In this document: in pieces, positions 55,640 to 64,000 of the stretch
Numbering within the stretch: the stretch's first letter is position 1
Layout of the letters: every line of letters starts with the position of its first letter
Assembly (NCBI RefSeq): GCF_009914755.1
Contig: NC_060935.1
Reading direction: 5' to 3' (one strand)
Source: the human T2T-CHM13v2.0 reference genome, Homo sapiens
DNA length: 64,000 nt
Made by a program: the position numbers and the translations under genes
The notes under the pieces: model-generated
The model's input: the letters and a program-made list of their open reading frames with translations, nothing else
Told to the model about the DNA's origin: nothing
Database searches by the model: none

Positions 55640-57240
55640 CTTTTTAGGCAATGAGGAGATGATAACTTTTTTTAAAGGGAAGTGGATAATATAATCCTCA
55701 TATTATTTTAGTCCTCTGAGGACAAATGGAGGCAGGAAAGGCTAGAATGGAGAAAGATTAGATGTAGAGGATTCAGTTTGGAGACAGACAGGTGATAAGA
55801 AGTGAGGAACACCTGACTGAATCAGTGTCAGTGCTATCAGAGAGAAACAGTTGAAACAAAGAGTTTTCTAAATCACAGTCAACAGATTTGGTGTTGGCTT
55901 AAAAGGGTGTGGAGCAGTGATGGAGAAGTCCAAGAAGAAAATAAGAAGGATGAGATTTCATTTGTGGGAAATGAGATGGTTATTTATATCAAAGATATGG
56001 AAAAAAATACAGAGTATTTTTTGAGGAGAGATGGTAATTATTCTCTGCTTTGTTCTTATGGAATATAGGTGCTTGTCAAAAATCAGAATGGAAAAGTCCA
56101 ATAAATGGTTGACTGTTGTTATATATCACCCTAATAACTGTAAACAAAATGTTATGGGTGACCCTGGTTTAAAACCCTCTACAATTTGCTAGACAGTTTC
56201 CTAGACACCACCCGACACCCATAGTTATATATGTTAGCTGCAATGGCTAAATATCTGAAACCTCTGTGTTGGCCAAGATAAGCATATTTCAGTGAAGTTA
56301 CCAACCATTCTCCTGGGATGTCACTTTCCAGGGTCACCTCAGTAGATCACTTTTCTAATCACAGTGCAAGATTTGACACATTTAGTTCATTCTCACAATC
56401 TCTTTTTCCTTGATATCTTTTTAAAAAGCTTCTTGTTCCATAACCCAACAGAGAAATACATTAAATTTTCTCTGAAAGGCATCAAAAGATATCAGGTTAA
56501 GGAAGTAGAGAGTGAATTGAAATATATTATTTTTTACAAAATTGTATAACACATACATTATACACTGCTTTAAGATTTATGCCTGGTATTTGAAAAAAAG
56601 ATAGGCTTACACATCCATTCAGCAAATATTTGTTAAGCCAGGCACTGGGAGAATAGACATGAATAATATACAGAGAAATAGAAAGTAGATAAAGAGTTTT
56701 GACTGTTTTTGGTGGAGATTGTGGTAGTGCTAGGGTAAAGATAATGGGTTTCAGTAAAGATGCGTTTTTGAAGTACTAGCCTTACACATAGGGCAATATA
56801 TCCACTAGAGCTGTATAATTTGGATCTATATGTAAATACATACATAATAGTGTGTTCCCATTTAAAAGACCTGACTTCAAATGACCCACATGGTACTGGG
56901 GGAGACAGATGTGCAAATAATCATGGTATACTATGACAAACACTGTGCTAAAAGTATGGCAAAGAATACTCCACGAAAACAGAAGGAATTGATAGACCCA
57001 TTTTGCTAAGGAAGATTTATGAGTTTGCTATGTTTGAACTGTGCCTTGAAGAATCAGTTGAATTAGCTGAATGGCTAGGAAGGCATTTGGTAAACTAGGG
57101 AAAACATCAAGGAATTACAAATCATTTCAGCTGATCAGTGATGAGAGACAACATTAAGAAACAAAGTGAAGCCAATTATAGAAAGAACATTAACCCATTA
57201 TACAAAGATTCTAAACTATACCAAAAGACAGGAAGAGGGT
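55640..57240 (-). mobile_element. L2 fragments (55640-56110 and 56610-57240)
   Basis: cattcagcaaatatttgttaagccaggcactgggaga (antisense L2 end); tttgaactgtgccttgaagaatcag. Confidence 0.55.
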
Positions 57241-58889
57241 TCTTACCAGTTAGTGCCTTGATGAAAGTGGCCCTTAGTAGTTCCTTAAATACCAATAGGT
57301 ATATCATAGTTCCTCAACCTGTCTTTGCATCCACAGTTGTAATATGTAAGGATTAATTTAACAAGAAATTTTGATATTTAGACAGGTTTGGAAAGTTTAG
57401 ATCTAAATATAAGGTTTTGCTTCTCTTTTCACAGGTAATTTGGACTCTAATGATGTCTACATAGCCAATCTACAGTCTGGCTAGGAAGGGATACGATGGC
57501 ATGGTATTTTAAAAAGAAAAAAATAAAGTTATCTAAAAGATACACTACCATTAGCTGAGATGAGATAATTGAATTCTCTTTAATTTGTAAGCAGACTGGC
57601 TTACTCTACACCCACATACTCTCATTTAGCAAAAAGATAAAATATCTACACAGGACCTTGCAGCTTACAAAATACATCCATATACATGTAGGTCCCACAA
57701 AATGCTGTGGTGTAAGTACCCTTATGACCCTAATTGACAAATAAGAAAACCAAGGTTCCAAGAGTTAAAGGCTAGTATGTAGATATGCACCCAGAGTCCC
57801 TGATTCTGATTCTGAGACTGCATAATTTATATCATGGTTGTGTCATTAAAAAGAAGTGGAAGAATCTGGAACAAATAAAACACACAGCGACTAAGTTTCA
57901 ATTAAATATAGGACATAGCAATACTGTGGTTGGAAAGGGTAGGCAAGAGATATCATGAGGTCACTGGGTGCTTGAGGGGAAAGCAAGGGTTAAAGAACAG
58001 TCTCTAACAAAAGGAAGAAATTGCACCAAAGATATACTTTCCTTATTTCTCAAGTTCAGCTGTAATCAACCAAGCCTAATCTAGGATAACAGTGAGCAGC
58101 AAAAAAAAAAAAAAAAAAAAATCACAAAAGAAAATTCTTGAAAAGAGGTGCTTCTACTTGCATATAATTGCTTACACTGAAGTAATATCTGGACCAGACT
58201 GCTGGCCAGTGATCGGGCATGTGCCTGGGCAAACACATAACCAAGGCTCCGCTAATTAAAAGTCTGATTCCCCACACTTCTACAATTACCATTGAACGAT
58301 GCTGTGAACATCTGAATTGTGCTAATCCTGGACATGAATATTTTATTCATTTGGACCATACCCCAAAATTAACATACTTAAGAAACTATAATATGCTGTA
58401 TTATGTTAATGAGAGAAACATGTCCAAGGAAGAAATGGTGCTATGGTTACACAGGACATACTATTTACCAAGATAATGAGGACATTTTCTCTTCTGTTTT
58501 TATCCTGTTCTGAGTATGTCTATCCAGAACTTGCATTTTAAAATATTAATATCTGAATAAAACTGCATAAAACATTGTTGAAGTTAATTATTTTGTTTGC
58601 CGAGGATTTGAGGGATATAGAATAAATGTTCTGGTGGGTTGAGATAACCTGATCTGCTCTTATCTCCTACATATGCAAAGTGAGTGGTCTCTTTAAAACA
58701 AAACAAAATAGAACAAATAAAAAACAACACAGGGCACTAAGAGGGATAAATCATTTAGGAGAAACAATCAGTCTTCAGCTTTTGAATGGCTGGCTCAGGG
58801 TTTTGGTGACGTTTCCATTGTGCCAGTGTGCCAATGTGAGAAGAGAGGCACTGTCTTAAATCCTTTGTAACCGGCGACTACAGAATCTT

Positions 58890-59400
58890 GCATAATCTAG
58901 TACCCACCTGCCTGTCACTACCCTGCCCTTAGGATGATTTTCTGGATCACTTTGCCCCAGCCACATGGCTTTCTTAAGTTTCTTCAGCATTCCTAAACCC
59001 TTTGTGTTCTATGACCTTTCAGTTTGCTAATCCTTTACCTAGAATACATTTTTCCCTTTCTTCCTGTAGCAAACTTTTACTCATTCCTTAGGTGTCAAAT
59101 TCATCATCATGTCCTTGAATGAACTTCATCTGATCATCTCCACTTTGAATTAGGGTAAGTCGCCTGTCTGCAATCCAGTGTTTGCATGCTTGCACTTCAT
59201 AGCACTTTCTACCATCAAAATATATAATACTATGAGAAAATCTTTCTTTGATGTATGTGCTTGCCCTCTCCACTACACCATAGCTTCATGTGGGCAAGGA
59301 CTAAGTTTGTCTTCATCACCCACTGTGTTCCTGGCAAAGTACCTGGCATATAGTAGCTACTCAAGAAATAATTATCAATGGAATGATTGAATGAATAAAT
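58890..59400 (+). mobile_element. L2 3' end
   Basis: tttactcattccttaggtgtcaa...cttcatcacccactgtgttcctggcaaagtacctggcatatagtagctactcaagaaataattatcaatggaatgattgaatgaat. Confidence 0.75.
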
Positions 59401-59744
59401 ATAGCTTTCTTTAACTAAAAGCAGTATACAGGGTTGAGGTTTGCTTTAATTAAAAAAAAAAAAAAAGTGTCCTGCCTTGGGCCATATAAGTAAGCATTTT
59501 GTGAAAGGGTAAAGGTAAAAAAAAAATCATTTGTTCTATAAACTTGTTCAAGGTGTTCAAGGGACTTGGAAAAGTTGTTAAATCAGTGACTCTTAAACTC
59601 TGGGGTTTGTGAGTATAGGTTATATTATAAATTTGGTTTAAGGTAACATTTCTCTCTGCCCTGCCTTCTTCTTCAGTGTTCTATACTCAGTAAGTCCAAA
59701 GTGAATGGAAATCTACACTAAATACACAACTCAAGAAGAAAAAA

Positions 59745-59920
59745 ATAGAGCTAAAATATACAAATAGAAAATGAATCAGGGGTTACCACAAGTGGAGCAG
59801 GGGGGAGAAGAACTGGGGATATGTAGATCAAAGATGCAAAATAACAGTTATGTCAGATAAGCACATTTAGAAATCTAACATATAACATGAGGACAAAAGT
59901 TAATAAAATTGTATTTGGGA
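59745..59920 (+). mobile_element. L1MA-type 3'UTR fragment
   Basis: ggggatatgtagatcaaagatgcaaaataacag...aatctaacatataacatgaggacaaaagttaataaaattgtatt. Confidence 0.7.
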
Positions 59921-60970
59921 ATACAGGAAAAAAAATGAAATGAGTAATTCTACAAATATGTATTGAGCATTCATGTGCCAGGCAGGGCATGAGGTAATGA
60001 AGGCATGAATGATGCCCACGTTTGAAAGCCACTGCAATAAATGATGACTTGATTATTTTCTACATCATTTCCAATGCTATAATTCTCACTTATTTCCACA
60101 TTTGATAAGTATTTATTGATGACCCCCTAAAACCCAAGGTGCAAGATCAGTCTTACAACTGACAGACATTTCCTTTCCCTCAAGTTCCTATAATACCTCA
60201 GGAAATAAAAAGTAAACACATATTTAGATACTTATTGGCTATCTGCCAAACCCTCAGTATTGATAAATATTTTTACATTATCTCAAATGTGTCTATGAAT
60301 AGGTCTCAAAAAATTAATAGAATATTATTTTAGTGCTTATAAATTTTTAAGCATTGTAATAAGTGTTTTACTTGATTATTTTATTTTATTATCATAGGAG
60401 AAGCAGGCATCACTGCTATTTAAAAGCAATTTGCTCAAAGTCACCTGGTTAGCAGGTAGAATAAAAGAGAAAACTATATGTATAAAAATAGCTTCAAATT
60501 AGGTAGTCAGAATTAAGTACTCACTGGAACTATAAAAAACAGAAGTAGGAGAAAACCGTTTACGAGGGGAAAATACAAAGGCATATGTAGGCACTATAAC
60601 ATGTTTGCTGTGGAATTCATGATAAGGCACTTTCATCTATGACCCGATTGATATTTCTTAGTAGAATGACTTGCAGTGAGACTTTAGCTACTGAAGTCTC
60701 TTTCCCACGTATGATGTAAGCCACGTGGTGAATTTTCTTGTCAAGATGTGTTCCTCTTTTTGCATCTTGAATGCCACTGTAGATTAACTGTTTTTGTACA
60801 AGTGTTTAACCTGGACTTATTCTCACAACCATTTAACAGAGCTGATCTTCCACTGGGCTCTGTATATTTCAATATATTAGCAGCTTTCCTCTGTAGAGGA
60901 CAACCACTGGGAGAGAAGCCAAACAGTTACGTGTAATAAGCCTTCTTTGGTACTTACCGAATTTAGGATT

Positions 60971-61408
60971 TGTACTGGGTTGAATAGTGTTACCACCCCC
61001 ATACCCACCACCTCCCCCAAACAAACAAACAAAAAAAAAAACATCGTTACCTAGAACTTAAGAATGTGGGTTTATTTGGGAATAATATCTTTGTAGATGT
61101 AAATAGTTAAGATGAAGTCATACTAAATTAAGGTGAGCCAGAAATTAAATGACTGATATCCTTATGAAAAGGTCATTTAAAGACACACACAGGGAAGAAA
61201 GACATGTGATAATGAGTGCAGAAATTGGAGTGATGTAGCTGTAAGCCAAGGAATCCCAAGAATTTCTGGGAACTGCTAGTGGCCCAGAGGAAGCAGGAAG
61301 GATTCTTCCCTGGAGTCTTCTGAGAGAGCAAAAGCAAGAACCTGCCAGTTTAAGACTTCTATGTACCCAAACTGTAGGAGAATAAATTTAGGGCAGTCCT
61401 AGGAGATA
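60971..61408 (+). mobile_element. MLT1C-like MaLR solo LTR
   Basis: tgtactgggttgaatagtg...aagatgaagtcatact...attggagtgatgtagctgtaagccaaggaat...aaggattcttccctggagtcttc. Confidence 0.85.
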
Positions 61409-62504
61409 GGATTTTATCAGGAAAATCCTCTGGCATAAAGCATTATGACAATATACCTGTTTTATTGTTATGCTTTCCTAATTGCTCCCACAGCAGTTCT
61501 TCTGGTATGATTTTAAATAGGGGAGATATAATGATTGTAAAGTCACTTAAGTTAGTTTGCTAGGACATAAGCAAACTAACTTTGACATTTAGACATTTAT
61601 AAAGAGGAACTGTAGAAACCTCCAAATGTTTTTCAGATATAATTTTCTATTAGCCAAATTTCTTATACATCAAAATTAATGTCGCTCATATTGTTTACGG
61701 GAACCATCTGTGAGAAGAGGCAAAAACTGTTGGCAAACTACATCTCCATAGATGCTGGGGTTGCTCAATGGATCTGTGACACCAAAAAGGCCTTTTTCCT
61801 TTGAGATTAGGAATAAAAGTGTGCTCTGAACATTGCTATGAATGAGCTTTGTGAAAGTATCTTAGGGAAGGTTCTCAAAGGTGGCTGACTTTGAAAACTG
61901 ATCCATGTGCAATGTCTCAGTGAAGAAAGAAGTAAGTGAGAGGGGTAGGGGCAGCGGGGAGGAGGAGAGAGCAGCAATCACTCTTTCAGATCATGTTTCT
62001 TTCCAGAAACAGATCGCCACTGGTTCCAGGGTGAACATAATTTTGTAACCTGCAAAAATGCTACATTTAAAAGCATAAAAGCACTCAAGAAGAGTTTCAT
62101 TACAGTTTCTGTATACCTTATGGGTTGTTATACTTTGTAGTTAGAGGCAATGAAACTTGAAGGGAAATATTGAGGACTTGCCAAAATCTGTGCAAATGAG
62201 TCTGTCACATTTATACTTTATGCTACAGTATCCTATCACATTTTGTATTCAGGAAATACTGGATCACATATTTGTAACAGCAACAGGGCATGCTTTCAAT
62301 AGTATTAGTGCTGCTAGCATATGCAAGTGAATTCCATAACATCCATTTCCTTGCATATGTTTACTCCTCACCAACTAGTCTATATGTGTATTAATTAGGC
62401 TACCTTTAGCCCAGTGATAATTTTTTTTAAGTAGTTCTTGTAAGTCTAGATGTCAGCCAAAATCCCTCATTCACCTGCACCTTTTATCAAATATGCAAAG
62501 AGGC

Positions 62505-62670
62505 ACTCTAGGGAGCCTTAAAAGCATAGACTCTGGAGTCAGTATGACCTACATTCAAAGTCTCTATCCTTCACTTTTTATGCATCTGACTGTGGAGGTT
62601 TGATGTCAAAGTCCTTGCTTCCTTATCTGTAAAATGGAGTTCATAATAGTGGCTATTGTGGATTAGAGTG
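62505..62670 (+). mobile_element. MIR SINE
   Basis: aagcatagactctggagtcag...cttccttatctgtaaaatggag. Confidence 0.7.
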
Positions 62671-63251
62671 AAGAGGCACTGATTTCACTTGACTTGTGTT
62701 TCCACAACGGAAAAGAAATTTGCAGTCCATTTCTAGGAGGGAAATCTACAAAATGGACTCTTCCAGCTTCTCTCTATACCTTCCTTCACTGCACTATTAG
62801 AAAGGAGGGGGACTTAATCTAATTTGCAAATTTGAAAGGAATAGAGTATGCGTCTCTCCTTTTTCAGATGCGCCTCCCTGCAGAGAGGGCTCTGGTTATG
62901 TAGTTATGCCAAGCAGTGGGTGACATACCTTTCTTTCTACTTCATATGGATTTCCAGAAAAGCCAGCCTGGCTACTGAGTGAAACTATGTTCTCCAATCA
63001 GCTCATCAGAAATAATGTGGTTACAAAGAAGGATGATTTGATCCTTGTGGTAAAAAACACCAACTTGAAAGATAGGTTGTGAAGACTGCAGATAATAAAT
63101 GCAAAGTACTTAACAAGAGTGCTGGGTCCATGGTCAGCCATTGACTACTGGCTATTATTATGGTGATTTTCTTTCTTATTATATTACTACCATTGACATT
63201 GCTGCTGCCACTGAAGTTGTTTTGTTCTTTTTACTCTTTGATTGGCACCAG

Positions 63252-63317
63252 TCAAAGAGAACTGTGACTTCTCATTCACATAAATGTTTTGCACAAGAGG
63301 AAGGAAACATTCAAATG
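63252..63317 (+). other. Candidate 66-nt exon (unassigned transcript)
   Basis: Pyrimidine tract ttttgttctttttactctttgattggcaccAG, then 66 nt, then ATG|GTAAGT consensus donor. Confidence 0.35.
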
Positions 63318-64000
63318 GTAAGTTTATATTTAGTCACTTAATAGAGAAAAGGGAAAGATAGAAAAATAAAAATGCTATCGTGGTATATGGCACCCAGTCA
63401 GCAAAGCCTTTTATACTCTAACTGACCTCTTCAGAGAGAATCCTTTCATTTCTGCTGAGAACAGGGGGCAGCTAGGCTTCAATAATGTCTGAAGGCAAGG
63501 GAGTACTGTTTGGCTCTACTAAACGTTCACATGTCCCATTAACCAGGAGACACAATCCTGGTTTAAAAAGCATTTTTCTGATGAAGCAGGGTACAGACAC
63601 TGGCAGAGTCTCAGAGTTAAAACAGTTAACGGAATGTCTTCGGATCAGCAGGAAAGAGCAGAGAAAAAATGAGCGCCTATTCTTGAGCACATGTGAACAC
63701 CTCTTGTGTACACCAATAAAAGCTTCTTAGATTGAAGCAACTGCTTTGTCAGAAAGAGTTGTGTCCTAGCAAATTTGAGCAATAAGCTCTTAAAATGTAG
63801 GTAGAAATGCTGTATAACCTCATTTATACCCAGCAAATAATGAGGTCTGGAGACGTGTGGGTTATATAAGAATTAACATGCCAGCCAGCTATTAAATAGC
63901 AGCTGTGGCAACATAGATTATGATTGGACCATCACTATAATTTAGTCTCATTTTGTGCACCATAATTGAATAATCAAATAATAATACAAAAGAAATCATT

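Noticed and set aside
58101-58121. Isolated poly-A runs (also ~41255-41271 and ~59452-59466)
   Set aside because: No attached element, poly-A signal or convincing TSD; simple mononucleotide repeats.
60705-60936. E-box CCACGTGG and nearby ACGT-core motifs; also an RFX-like site at 8071-8084
   Set aside because: Isolated short motifs with no other support from the sequence.
61942-61966. Possible G-quadruplex
   Set aside because: Only three G4 tracts plus GG runs; not a canonical four-tract motif and no supporting context.

Overview
AT-rich primate (very likely human) non-coding genomic DNA, either intergenic or deep inside a long intron. I find no convincing protein-coding exon, structural RNA gene, CpG island or prokaryote-type system. 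The short ORFs in the track are chance ORFs or pieces of Alu, L1 or LTR repeats. The window is dominated by interspersed repeats: 12 Alus (J, S and Y types), a ~6.7 kb 5'-intact but 3'-truncated old primate L1 (17030-23724), other L1PA/L1MC/L1ME pieces (nearly all on +), MaLR and ERV1 solo LTRs (MLT1, THE1, MER39), DNA-transposon relics (MER1A, MER103C, MER91A, MADE2, Charlie1-type), and many L2/MIR fragments. Subfamily names come from recalled consensus sequences and need RepeatMasker/Dfam confirmation. The best observations are: (1) an ~800 bp orphan retrocopy of a polyadenylated RNA 3' end inside the L1 (AATAAA, tail, perfect 14-bp TSD, TT/AAGA endonuclease site) that carries an older DNA-transposon fragment as a passenger; (2) an unexplained ~1 kb insert in an ancient L1 that ends in a ~118 bp near-perfect palindrome with templated repeats; (3) a motif-dense repeat-free island near 46.3-46.5 kb; (4) a tandem duplication doubling an AP-1 site; (5) several isolated candidate exons. 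I cannot support a claim of a new biological system from this sequence alone.
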